A DNA stretch of 64,000 nucleotides from Nannocystis bainbridge. GTDB lineage: Bacteria; Myxococcota_A; Polyangia; Nannocystales; Nannocystaceae. Made by a program: the position numbers and the translations under genes. The stretch covers positions 1,408,001 through 1,472,000 of the forward strand of contig NZ_JAQNDL010000001.1 in the NCBI RefSeq assembly GCF_028368995.1. The letters are read 5' to 3'. Of this stretch, positions 1-9,246 are shown piece by piece (positions within the stretch are counted from its first letter, which is position 1; each line of letters begins with the position of its first letter). The notes beneath the pieces were generated by a model, which worked only from the letters and a program-made list of their open reading frames with translations, was not told where the DNA came from and did not search any database.

Positions 1-2
1 AG

Positions 3-1877
3 ACCACCCGCGACTGCCTGCACGAGGCCATGGACGCCGACGGCCTCAAGGCCGTGCTGCGGCGGCTGCACGGCGGCGAGATCCGGGCCCTCGCGCGCGA
101 CACCGTCGCCCCCTCGCCGTTCTCGCACGGCATCCTGGCCGCCAACCCGTTCGCCTTCCTCGACGACGCCCCGCTCGAGGAGCGCTGGGCGCGTCAGGTC
201 AAGACGGCCCGCCCCGGCGAGCTCGCGCTGCGCGGCGGCGACCTGCTCGGCCTCGACCCGCGCGCCATCGAGTCGGTGATCGCCGCCGTCGCCATCGAGG
301 GCCCGGCCGGCCCGCGCGACGCCGACGAGCTGCACGACCTGCTGTGCGCCCCGCGGCTGCTGGCGCCGCGCCGCGAATGGGCCGACTCGTTCGCCGCCCT
401 GGTCCGCGCCGGCCGGGCCGCCCTGCTCCGCCGCCCCGCATCGGATGTCCCCGGGGACATGTCCTCTGGGCCATTGTACATAGCCGCCGAGGTCATCCCG
501 CTGGCGCTCGCGCTGTGGCCGGCCGCCACCACCGAGCCGGCGATCGCCCTGCCGCCGGCGCTGTCGGGCCCGATCGACCCCGAGGAGGCGGCGCTGCGGC
601 TGGTCCGCGCGTTCGTGCAGACCGCCGCGCCGATGACCGCCGCCGCCCTCGCCTCCGCCCTCGGCCTGACCCGCGCCGACACCGAGGGCGCGCTGGCCCG
701 GCTCGAGCTCGACGGCATCGTCCTCCAGGGCCAGTTCTCCACGCCGGCCGCCCCCGAGCCCGAATGGTGCGAGCGCCGCCTCCTGCAGCGGATCCACCGG
801 CTCACGCTCGGGCGCCTGCGCGAAGAGGTGCGGGCGGTCGCGCCGGCCGAATTGGTGCGCTTCCTGGCCCGCTGGCAGCACGTCCAGCCCGGCACGCAAT
901 TGCACGGACCGGAGGGCCTGCTCCGCGTCATCGAACAATTGGAGGGCATGGAGCTGCCGGCGCAATCGTGGGAGCGCGACGTCCTGCCGCGGCGCGTCCG
1001 CGACTACGACCCGGCCTGGCTCGACGAGCTTTGCCTCGCCGGCGAGGTCGCCTGGGGCCGCCTCACGCCGCTGCCGGCCGAGGGCTTGGAGCCCGGCGAG
1101 CTGCCGCGCGGCGCCGGCAAGGTCGCCCTGTTCCTGCGCGCCCACGCCCCGACCCTGGTCGCCCCGAGCGCCACCCCGCCCCACGAATGGCCGCACCTGT
1201 CGCAGCTCGCCCGCGACGTCGCCCGCGCGCTCGAGCGCGGCGCCGCCTTCGCCGCCGACCTGCGCGCCGCCACCGGGGCCGGCCACGACGACCTCGAGGA
1301 GGCGCTGTGGGAGCTCGCCCGCGCCGGCGCGATCACCAGCGACGGCTTCGCCGGCCTGCGCGCCCTGTGCGAGACCGTCGACCCGCGCAAGGGCCCGCGC
1401 CGGCTGCTGCGCGGCCGCTGGTCGCTGCTCGCCCGCGACCTGTGCGAACGGCCAGATCCATTCGGCGACGGCAGCCCGGTCGAGCTGGCCCGCCTCTACC
1501 TGCGCCGCTACGGCGTGGTCGCCCGCCCGCTGCTGACCCGCGAGACCGGGGCCCCGCCGTGGCGCGCGCTGCTCGACGTCTACCGCCGGCTCGAGGCGCG
1601 CGGGGAGATCCGCGGCGGCCGCTTCGTCGCCGGCCAGCAGGGCGAGCAGTTCGCCCTGCCCGAGGCGGTCGAGGCCCTGGCCGGCCTGCGCCGCGTCCCG
1701 GCCGACGCCGAGGAGCTCGAGGTCGCCGCCGTCGACCCGCTCAACCTGGTCGGCATCATCACCCCCGGCCCGCGCGTGCCCGCCGTGCGCGGCCAGCTGC
1801 TGCGCTACCGCGACGGCGCCCCGATCGCCGTCACCCGCCCGCTCGCCGGCGCCAGCCTCGCGGGCTTCGCGGTCTAG
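3..1877 (+). CDS. Lhr-family (DEAD/DEAH) helicase, C-terminal part with winged-helix/AlkZ-like region; 5' end lies outside the window
   Basis: Frame is open from the window start (TTRDCLHEAMD...). Typical Lhr C-terminal motifs: FLDDAPLEER, WCERRLL, WERDVLPRRV.DY.P.WLD, LEARGEIRGGRFV.G..GEQFALP, DPLNLVG. Confidence 0.85.
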   Translation, partial: TTRDCLHEAMDADGLKAVLRRLHGGEIRALARDTVAPSPFSHGILAANPFAFLDDAPLEERWARQVKTARPGELALRGGDLLGLDPRAIESVIAAVAIEGPAGPRDADELHDLLCAPRLLAPRREWADSFAALVRAGRAALLRRPASDVPGDMSSGPLYIAAEVIPLALALWPAATTEPAIALPPALSGPIDPEEAALRLVRAFVQTAAPMTAAALASALGLTRADTEGALARLELDGIVLQGQFSTPAAPEPEWCERRLLQRIHRLTLGRLREEVRAVAPAELVRFLARWQHVQPGTQLHGPEGLLRVIEQLEGMELPAQSWERDVLPRRVRDYDPAWLDELCLAGEVAWGRLTPLPAEGLEPGELPRGAGKVALFLRAHAPTLVAPSATPPHEWPHLSQLARDVARALERGAAFAADLRAATGAGHDDLEEALWELARAGAITSDGFAGLRALCETVDPRKGPRRLLRGRWSLLARDLCERPDPFGDGSPVELARLYLRRYGVVARPLLTRETGAPPWRALLDVYRRLEARGEIRGGRFVAGQQGEQFALPEAVEALAGLRRVPADAEELEVAAVDPLNLVGIITPGPRVPAVRGQLLRYRDGAPIAVTRPLAGASLAGFAV

Positions 1878-1882
1878 GCACC

Positions 1883-1966
1883 TGCCCGCACGGGCATGCC
1901 CGAACGAGCATGTCCGAACAGGCATGTCTGAAAGAGCATGATCGTTCAAACATGTCCTGAAGGCCA
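1883..1966. repeat. Array of six head-to-tail 14-bp TG-N10-CA palindromic units
   Basis: TGCCCGCACGGGCA/TGCCCGAACGAGCA/TGTCCGAACAGGCA/TGTCTGAAAGAGCA/TGATCGTTCAAACA/TGTCCTGAAGGCCA, exact 14-bp phase, between convergent genes. Confidence 0.85.
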
Positions 1967-2149
1967 TCCTATCTCGGATGCTCCAGCCTCGGAGCTCGCG
2001 GTCGCTGCGGCGACTCGCGCGCGCGACTCACCCGCTCGTTCGGGCGTCTCTTGAAGGAGACCGTCCGGGTCCAGCGCGATCTGGCGCTCGCCCGCGGCAG
2101 CGAGCGCTCGCAACGCTCGCTGCCTCTCCAGCGATCGCCACGTCCGGCT

Positions 2150-3025
2150 TCACTCGCCGAGGCGGACCCGACGCAGCAGCACCTCTTGCGACACCGGGTA
2201 ATGATTGGACTCGCCGATCACCACCTCGCCGGCGTCGACCGCGTACGCGTGCTCCGCGTCGATCGCCAGGCTCCCGCGGTGCTGCGAGATCAGGTGCAGC
2301 TCCGCCTTGCCCGGGTCGCTGAGGTCGATCTGCGCCGGCGTCCCGTCGCCCCCGGTGTCGTCCGACACCGGGCACACGGACGAAAAATCGTAGACCAGCG
2401 GCAAGAACGCCTCCGGGTAGCCCGAGTTGTTGTCGATCCCGCCGGACACCGCCACCACCAGGATCGCGTCGTCCGCGGCCGCGCGCAGCTGCACGATGCG
2501 GCGGCTGGCGAAATCGAAGTTCTTGTCGACCAGCAGCCGCACCGCCGCTCCCGCGTCCCAGGCGACCGCGCCCTCGGGCGCCACCGCGAAGCGCAGCGAC
2601 GCCGGCTCGGGCGCCCCCTCGACCTCGCAGGTTATCGCCGTCGTCACCGCCGCGTCGGCCACGGTCACGCCATCGACCACACACTGCACGTCGAACTCGG
2701 CGAAATTGCCGGCCTCCCAGTCCTTGAACACCAGCTCGAACGCCGCGTTCGCGGCCGGATCGGGCTGCTCGCACTCCGCTGGCGACGGATCTCCGGTCTC
2801 CGACTCGCCCGCCGTCGCCGGCTCCTCCGTCTCGCCTGCCGTCGCCGGCTCGCCCGTCTCCGTCTCGCCTGCCGTCGCCGGCTCGCCCGTCTCCGTCTCG
2901 CCTGCCGTCGCCGGCTCGCCCGTCTCCGTCTCGCCCGACTCGCTCGTCTCACCCTTGTCGCTCGGGCAGCCGGACAGCGCCCATATCGCCGTCAATGCCG
3001 TGAAATGCTTAAGGCTAAAATGCAT
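2150..3025 (-). CDS. Hypothetical lipoprotein with acidic GETETGEPATA repeat linker
   Basis: Signal peptide MHFSLKHFTALTAIWALSG-C (lipobox). 33-bp tandem repeats at about 2800-2940. GC-biased codon usage. Confidence 0.75.
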   Translation of the reverse strand: MHFSLKHFTALTAIWALSGCPSDKGETSESGETETGEPATAGETETGEPATAGETETGEPATAGETEEPATAGESETGDPSPAECEQPDPAANAAFELVFKDWEAGNFAEFDVQCVVDGVTVADAAVTTAITCEVEGAPEPASLRFAVAPEGAVAWDAGAAVRLLVDKNFDFASRRIVQLRAAADDAILVVAVSGGIDNNSGYPEAFLPLVYDFSSVCPVSDDTGGDGTPAQIDLSDPGKAELHLISQHRGSLAIDAEHAYAVDAGEVVIGESNHYPVSQEVLLRRVRLGE

Positions 3026-3384
3026 GCACCCAGTCTGAAAGCGGACGCGACCCCGTTCAAGGCCGATCGCGCCGAACGGCCCGCACGCCGGCGAAGTATG
3101 GCCTCCGTCGCCATCGATCTGTCTCTTCGGACATATCATCGAAGCCTCGTCGTCGGCCCCTATGACTGCGATGTCGCATTGCCCCACGGTCGACCTCACC
3201 CGAGCGCGAGTTCGCGCCCTCGCACCGCCGACGACCGCGCAGTCCGCAGGCCACATGTCTCAAGAGACATGTTTTGCCTGACCGCCCTCGGCAAAAGTGT
3301 CCTGCGACACCCGGTCGCACGGCCTGCGCGCTGCGACCTCGCGTCGCATCCCCGGGCGGCGCGACCTCCGCTATTCGTGTTCGA

Positions 3385-4218
3385 GTGAGAGCCCGCGCCC
3401 TGCCCGTCCTCCTCCTCCTCGCCTCGGCCTGCGCCGCGGGCGACCGCGAAGTCACCCTCCGCTTCGACGCGCGGCTCGGCAGCGAGCCGTTCGCCTGCGG
3501 CCGCGATTTCGCCGGGATCGGCACCTCGGGCGCCACCGTCACCCCGCTCGATTTCCGCGTCTACGTCCACGACGTCGCGCTCGTGCGCGCCGGCGGCGAG
3601 CGGGTCCCGCTGGTCGTCACCGACGACGACACCTGGCAGCACGACGGCCTGGTGCTGCTCGACTTCGAGGACGGCAGCGGCGCCTGCATGACCGGCAGCC
3701 CGGGCAAAAACGCCGAGGTCCGCGGCACCGCCCCCGACCACGACGATTACACCGGCGTCGAGTTCATCGTCGGCGTGCCCGACGAACAGAACCACCTCGA
3801 CGGCGCCACCGCCCCCGCGCCGCTCAACGCTCAGGGCCTGTGGTGGAGCTGGGCCGGCGGCTACAAGTACGTGCGCCTCGACGTGCGCCCGAGCACCCAG
3901 CCCGAATTCTTCTACCACCTCGGCGCCACCTCCTGCGCCGGCAGCGTCGCCGAGGGCTTCACCTGCGCCCATGCCAACCTCGCCACCGTGCGCCTCGACG
4001 GCTTCGACCCTGACAGCAACACCATCAAGATCGACGGCGCGGCGATCCTCGCCGGCGTCGACGTCGAGAAGGTCCCCGACGGCACCTCCGACAAGCTGCC
4101 CGGCTGCATGGCCTTCCCCGGCGACCCCGAGTGCCCGGCGATGCTCGCCCCGCTCGGCCTGCGCTACGAGAGCGACGAGGCCGGCGTCGCCCAGACCGTC
4201 TTCTCCGTCGTCGACTGA
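3385..4218 (+). CDS. mbnP: MbnP-family copper-binding protein (MXAN_0976-type, four-Cys metallo-mystery pair), lipoprotein
   Basis: DFRVYVHDV, WQHDGLVLLDFEDGSGAC, LWWSWAGGYK (WxW motif), HLGATSC. Lies upstream of an MbnH gene. GTG start inferred from the lipobox LASAC. Confidence 0.85.
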   Translation: MRARALPVLLLLASACAAGDREVTLRFDARLGSEPFACGRDFAGIGTSGATVTPLDFRVYVHDVALVRAGGERVPLVVTDDDTWQHDGLVLLDFEDGSGACMTGSPGKNAEVRGTAPDHDDYTGVEFIVGVPDEQNHLDGATAPAPLNAQGLWWSWAGGYKYVRLDVRPSTQPEFFYHLGATSCAGSVAEGFTCAHANLATVRLDGFDPDSNTIKIDGAAILAGVDVEKVPDGTSDKLPGCMAFPGDPECPAMLAPLGLRYESDEAGVAQTVFSVVD

Positions 4219-4227
4219 GGTCTCGCC

Positions 4228-4728
4228 ATGCACCGCGCGCTGCTCATCCTCCTCCTCGCCGCCCCGCTCGCCTGCGACGATCCCGGCGATCCCGCCCCGT
4301 TCATGGGCGACGACGATTTCGTCCGCGATCCCGCGCTCGACGTCGAGCTCGTCAGCGCCCACGGCGACGCCATCAGCCACGCCACCGGCGACAACTGCAT
4401 GCGCTGTCACCAGGAGAACGGCCCCGCGCCCGGCAAGTTCACCGCCGCCGGCACCCTCCACGACGCTTCGGGCGCCCCGTACGCGGACGGCCTCGTCGAG
4501 CTGCGCAGCGCCCCTGACGGCCTGGGCGACCTCGTCGCCGCGGTCGAGGTCGACAGCCTCGGCAACTTCTACACCACCGAGCCGCTGCCGCTGCCCGCCT
4601 CGTCTCTGTTCCCCACGGTGTACAGTGGCGACGGTGCGCGCAAGAGCTTCATGCCGTTCCCCACCAGCTCGGGCGCGTGCAACGTCTGCCACGCCGGCAG
4701 CTTCGGCGTGCGGCTCCCGGAGGCCTGA
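4228..4728 (+). CDS. Small di-heme c-type cytochrome lipoprotein
   Basis: Lipobox PLAC; two CxxCH motifs (CMRCH, CNVCH); tightly packed in the operon. Confidence 0.8.
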   Translation: MHRALLILLLAAPLACDDPGDPAPFMGDDDFVRDPALDVELVSAHGDAISHATGDNCMRCHQENGPAPGKFTAAGTLHDASGAPYADGLVELRSAPDGLGDLVAAVEVDSLGNFYTTEPLPLPASSLFPTVYSGDGARKSFMPFPTSSGACNVCHAGSFGVRLPEA

Positions 4729-4729
4729 C

Positions 4730-5851
4730 GTGCGGCGCGCGGCTGTCCTTTGCGCCCTGTTCCTCGGGGCATGTCCCGAAGACCAGGCCCCGGCCGAGGC
4801 GCCGTGGGAGTGGCAGTTGCCGCCGGGCTTCCCCGAGCCGTTCGTGCCCGCGGACGACCCGATGTCCGCCGCCAAGGTCGAGCTCGGGCGCCACGTCTTC
4901 TACGACGAGCGGCTGTCGCACAACGAGACCATGTCGTGCGCCACCTGCCACGAGCAGGCGCGGGCCTTCACCGACGGCAAGGCCACCACCATCGGCTCGA
5001 CCGGCCACGTGCTCCCGCGCAACGCCATGAGCCTCACCAACGTCGCCTTCCAGTCGGTCTACACCTGGGCCAACCCCAAGCTGTCGACCCTCGAGGAGCA
5101 GGCGCTGGTGCCGATGTTCGCTGACTTCCCGCTCGAGCTCGGGGTCCAGCAGGACACCGACGCGATCGTCCGCCGCTTCGCCGACGACCCCGAATATCAA
5201 GAGCTGTTCGCCGCCGCCTACCCCGACGACGCCGACCCGTTCACCGTCGAGCGCATCGTCGGGGCCCTGGCGTCGTTCCAGCGCACGCTCATCTCGGGCG
5301 ACAGCGCCTACGACCGCTTCATCTACGACGGCGACGCCGCGGCGATGTCCGAGTCGGCGCAGCGCGGCATGGCCCTGTTCTTCTCCGAGACCGGCGAGTG
5401 CTATCATTGCCACGCCGGGCCCAACTTCTCGACGTCGTTCCGCAGCGCCGCCACCGAGCCCGGCCCGCCCGACTTCCAGAACAACGGCCTCTACGACCTC
5501 GACGGCGCCGGCGCCTACCCGGCCGGCAACGGCGGCCTCTACGAGTTCACCGGCGACCCGCGCGACCAGGGCAAGTTCCGCGTGCCGACCCTGCGCAACA
5601 TCGCAGTGACCGCGCCGTACATGCACGACGGCAGCATCGCCACCCTGGCCGAGGTCGTCGACCACTACGCCGCCGGCGGCCGCGTCACCGCCGAGGGTCC
5701 GCTCGCCGGCGACGGCCGCAAGAACCCCAACAAGAGCCCGCTGGTCCGCGAGGTCGAGCTGTCCCCGCAGGACCGCGCCGACCTGGTCGCGTTCCTCGAG
5801 AGCCTCACCGACGACGCGTTCCTGACCGACCCGAAATTCGGCCCGCCGTGA
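4730..5851 (+). CDS. mbnH: MbnH-family di-heme cytochrome c peroxidase/MauG-like enzyme
   Basis: CATCH and CYHCH heme sites, KVELGRHVFYDERLS, GKFRVPTLRNIAVTAPYMHDG. GTG start 1 nt after the previous stop. Confidence 0.88.
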   Translation: MRRAAVLCALFLGACPEDQAPAEAPWEWQLPPGFPEPFVPADDPMSAAKVELGRHVFYDERLSHNETMSCATCHEQARAFTDGKATTIGSTGHVLPRNAMSLTNVAFQSVYTWANPKLSTLEEQALVPMFADFPLELGVQQDTDAIVRRFADDPEYQELFAAAYPDDADPFTVERIVGALASFQRTLISGDSAYDRFIYDGDAAAMSESAQRGMALFFSETGECYHCHAGPNFSTSFRSAATEPGPPDFQNNGLYDLDGAGAYPAGNGGLYEFTGDPRDQGKFRVPTLRNIAVTAPYMHDGSIATLAEVVDHYAAGGRVTAEGPLAGDGRKNPNKSPLVREVELSPQDRADLVAFLESLTDDAFLTDPKFGPP

Positions 5852-6190
5852 CCGCAGCCGGCCACGGCGGCCACCGGCTCATTCGCGCGACGGGTACACG
5901 CCCTCGACGGCGATGATGTAACGCAGGCATCCGCCAGGTCGCGCATAGCCTCGCCCCCGCGCGGCTCCGGACGCGCATCGCATCCGACCGGCGAGACCGA
6001 GGGTCGAGAGCTCGCACCCATTGTAGACACGCGCTCCCGCCATTGCGCCTCCTAAAATCCGTGAACTCGCTCAGGATCGCCACGCTGCCCTCCGCGCGCT
6101 CGCTGCCAACGGTCCGCGGTGGCGCGTCCTTCGCTCTCGACTCGGCGAGAGGCGGCCACACTCGAGTCTTCGACGAGCCGCCGCCCGCGC

Positions 6191-7165
6191 CTACGGCACC
6201 AGCACCAGCTTGCCCAGCACCTCGCGCCGCTCCATCCGCGTCAGCGCCTCGCCGGCCTGCTCGAACGGCAGCGTCGCGTCGAGGTGCGGCCGCAGCTTGC
6301 CCTCGGCCACGGCCGCGAGGATGCGCTCGGCGTTGAGGCGGTTGCGCGCCGACTCGCGGGCCGCGAACGCGCCCCAGAACACGCCGACGATCTGGCAGCC
6401 CTTGAGCAGGACGAGGTTGAGCGGGATCTTGGGGATCTCGCCGGCGGCGAAGCCGACCACCAGATAGCGGCCCTTCCAGGCGATCGAGCGCAGGGCCGGC
6501 TCGGCGAACGGGCCGCCGACGGCGTCGTAGACCACGTCGACGCCCTCACCGCCGGTCAGCTGCTTGCAGCGCTCTTTGAGATCCTCGTGCGTGTACTCGA
6601 CGCCCTCGTCGGCCCCGCGCTCGCGGCAGAACGTCAGCTTCTCGCGGGTCGACGCCGCCGCGATCACCCGCGCCCCGAGCAGCTTGCCGATCTCGACCGC
6701 CGCGATGCCGACGCCGCCGGCCGCTCCGAGCACCAGCAGCGTCTCGCCCGGCTTGAGCTCGGCGCGGTCGACCAGCGCGTGCCACGTCGTCCCGTAGGTC
6801 AGCAACGTCGCCGCCGCGACCTCGAACCCGACCCCGTCCGGCAGCTTCACCACCGCCGTCGCCGGCACCACGACCCGCTCCGCGAACGCGCCGTGGACCA
6901 GCGTGGTCGCCACGCGATCGCCGACCGCCACCGCCGTGACCCCGTCGCCGACCGCCGCCACCTCGCCCGCCGCCTCCCCGCCCGGCACGAACGGCAGCGC
7001 CGGCTTGAACTGATACTTGCCGTGCGACAGCAGCACGTCGGGGAAGTTGACGCCGGCCGCTCGCACGTCGAGCAGCACCTCGCCCGGGCCCGGCACCGGC
7101 TCCGGCAATTCGTCGACGCGGAGGCCCGAGGGCCCGACCAGCTCGTGAACACGGACGGCGCGCAT
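6191..7165 (-). CDS. NADPH:quinone oxidoreductase (MDR/zeta-crystallin family)
   Basis: AAGVNFPD, PFVPGGEAAG, LVLGAAGGVG, VDVVYDAVGG, GKLVL. Confidence 0.92.
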   Translation of the reverse strand: MRAVRVHELVGPSGLRVDELPEPVPGPGEVLLDVRAAGVNFPDVLLSHGKYQFKPALPFVPGGEAAGEVAAVGDGVTAVAVGDRVATTLVHGAFAERVVVPATAVVKLPDGVGFEVAAATLLTYGTTWHALVDRAELKPGETLLVLGAAGGVGIAAVEIGKLLGARVIAAASTREKLTFCRERGADEGVEYTHEDLKERCKQLTGGEGVDVVYDAVGGPFAEPALRSIAWKGRYLVVGFAAGEIPKIPLNLVLLKGCQIVGVFWGAFAARESARNRLNAERILAAVAEGKLRPHLDATLPFEQAGEALTRMERREVLGKLVLVP

Positions 7166-7427
7166 GCGAGCGGGACTCTAGCAAGCACCCCCTCGCCCGT
7201 CGAGCGAGCCGCCGCCAGCCGCAGGGAGCTCGCTGCGGACATTCGTCTGTCCACAAGGACAGACTCGGTGCGCCCGTTGCCGCTAGAGTCCCGCGCGGTG
7301 ACTTCGCATCGGCTTCACCTAACCCATATTCGCTTGAACATGTCTTTAAGGACATTCTTGCTTCGACATGTCATCTCGCATAAGACTGGCGCAAATATCA
7401 CACATGAACACATGAACAGCATGACAA

Positions 7428-9239
7428 ATGGCTAACATCGGGCTATCGTATGTCATGGCAGCCAGCCCTCTCTCTACAGCCCAAACTCAGGCCTACAATG
7501 ACGTCGTGACCGTGGCGAGGCCATCCGCCTCGGAAGGGCTAAAAAAGGAACGTGCGATTCTCTTGCTTTGGTTCATTCGCAATGTCATGGGAATCGATGA
7601 TCTTGAAGCATATGAATATATTTGTGATGGAGACAACGATCAAGGCATCGATGCAGTCATTTTTGAGCCTGGAGAGGAGACTTCAACCCTCGTCCTCTTG
7701 CAATCAAAGTACCCTGAAAGCCCAAAGCATGTGGGGGTCAACGAACTGAAGCATTTTGCGGGGACGGCCCAATATTTCAATTCAATAAAGTCCCTTACGC
7801 GACTGCTTAGCGAGAACCTCGAACCGGAACTTGATGCCTTGCTGCGCAGGTTCAAAGTACAAGATCGAATGGCGGCGGGCACGTTGCGCATACGGCTCAT
7901 TTTTGTGACCGCTGGAGTAATGACAGCGCAAGCAAAGAAGTACGCTGATACATTATGCGATCAGCAGGGCGAGGATTTCATCAGCCTCTACGATGCAGAA
8001 CGTCTCTCCCCCATCGTCCGGGCATTTAAAGGGCCCACCACGTACAAGGCAACAGTCACAATTGATTGCTCCGCACAGAATCGTTTCATCGTGGCAATCC
8101 CTGACGGACGTGTCGCGGTGTGTGCGGTTAAGGTTACTGACATCGTCAAGTGGCCAGGGATCAGCGATCGCACCATTTTCGATCTCAACGTCCGAAGAGA
8201 GCTACGCCGCAACTCCGTCCGGAAAGCTCTCGACCGTGCAATTGACAAAAAGAGCGACCATGCGAATTTCGTAGCATTCCACAACGGATTAACTGTCGTA
8301 TGCGAAGAGATTGATGACAAGAAACGCGATACGCTCGGCATCACGAACCTTTCGGTTGTAAACGGAGCGCAGTCAACTGTCGCTTTCCATGAAGCTCAAG
8401 CTTCACTTACTGACGCTCTGAGAGTCGTTGTAAAATTTGTAGAGGTCAAGCCCGATCAACAGGTTGCGCGAGAGGTCGCCATCCGTAGCAACACACAGAA
8501 TCCAGTCACGACAAGGAATCTGCGCGCAAGAGACGGTGTTCAGCTAAGACTGGAAGCCGAATTCAGGAATAGGCATCCGAAGATCACGTTTGAGACCAGA
8601 CCGGATCAGTCACTGCCACCAGGGGGGCGGACCATCCACAATGACGCTGTAGCGCAGCTCTTGTGTGCGCTTTACAACGAGATGCCATGGCTCGCCGTAA
8701 AACGGCTGCTGTTATTCGAATCCGAGGTGTATCCGCAGATCTTCAACGACAAGATCACGGCTGAGCATCTCATTTTGGCCGACGATGTTGCTAAATGCAT
8801 TCAAGATCGCAAGGATCTATTTCCACCGGAATACACCAAGAGCTGGCAGCTCACTCGACTCGTTGCGGCCTTTCTAGTCGGGCAGATGCTTCGCACATCT
8901 CGTTCGCTTGAGCAGATTCTACAAGACCCCGCTAGCGCACTGAACAACTCAGGCACCAAAGGAGTCTTGAACGAACTAGCACGCATGGCTGCAACGGTCC
9001 TCAGCCAACGGGCGGATGAGAAAAAGCAAGGTCAGGATTTCGACGACTTCAAGGTCGACTTTAAGCAGAAGTCGGTCTTGCACGACCTCGGAAAGCAGGC
9101 ACGTCAGCAATATCTCATGTTCCAGAAGATGCAGGCACCGCTGATGGCTAAATCGAAAGGCACGGCTAAGAAGAACACTTCAAAGAAGAACGCCGCGAAA
9201 AAGTCGGGAGGGACAACTCTGCCGAAGCGTCAAAAATGA
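7428..9239 (+). CDS. AIPR-family protein (abortive-infection phage-resistance associated)
   Basis: N-terminal DGDNDQGIDA...LQSKY nuclease-like motif; IFDLNVR, FVAFHNGLT, VVNGAQS and SNTQN AIPR motifs. Clearly lower GC than flanks. Confidence 0.85.
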   Translation: MANIGLSYVMAASPLSTAQTQAYNDVVTVARPSASEGLKKERAILLLWFIRNVMGIDDLEAYEYICDGDNDQGIDAVIFEPGEETSTLVLLQSKYPESPKHVGVNELKHFAGTAQYFNSIKSLTRLLSENLEPELDALLRRFKVQDRMAAGTLRIRLIFVTAGVMTAQAKKYADTLCDQQGEDFISLYDAERLSPIVRAFKGPTTYKATVTIDCSAQNRFIVAIPDGRVAVCAVKVTDIVKWPGISDRTIFDLNVRRELRRNSVRKALDRAIDKKSDHANFVAFHNGLTVVCEEIDDKKRDTLGITNLSVVNGAQSTVAFHEAQASLTDALRVVVKFVEVKPDQQVAREVAIRSNTQNPVTTRNLRARDGVQLRLEAEFRNRHPKITFETRPDQSLPPGGRTIHNDAVAQLLCALYNEMPWLAVKRLLLFESEVYPQIFNDKITAEHLILADDVAKCIQDRKDLFPPEYTKSWQLTRLVAAFLVGQMLRTSRSLEQILQDPASALNNSGTKGVLNELARMAATVLSQRADEKKQGQDFDDFKVDFKQKSVLHDLGKQARQQYLMFQKMQAPLMAKSKGTAKKNTSKKNAAKKSGGTTLPKRQK

Positions 9240-9246
9240 GGCTCCA

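Noticed and set aside
3385-5851. Methanobactin biosynthetic cluster
   Set aside because: No mbnA/B/C-like genes in the window; only the MbnP/MbnH module.
7247-7262. Several palindrome copies match the E. coli SOS box CTGT-N8-ACAG
   Set aside because: Many copies have ATGT/ACAT flanks, the conserved inner CY/RG bases are not SOS-like, sites lie in CDSs and between convergent genes, and the Myxococcus LexA box is different.
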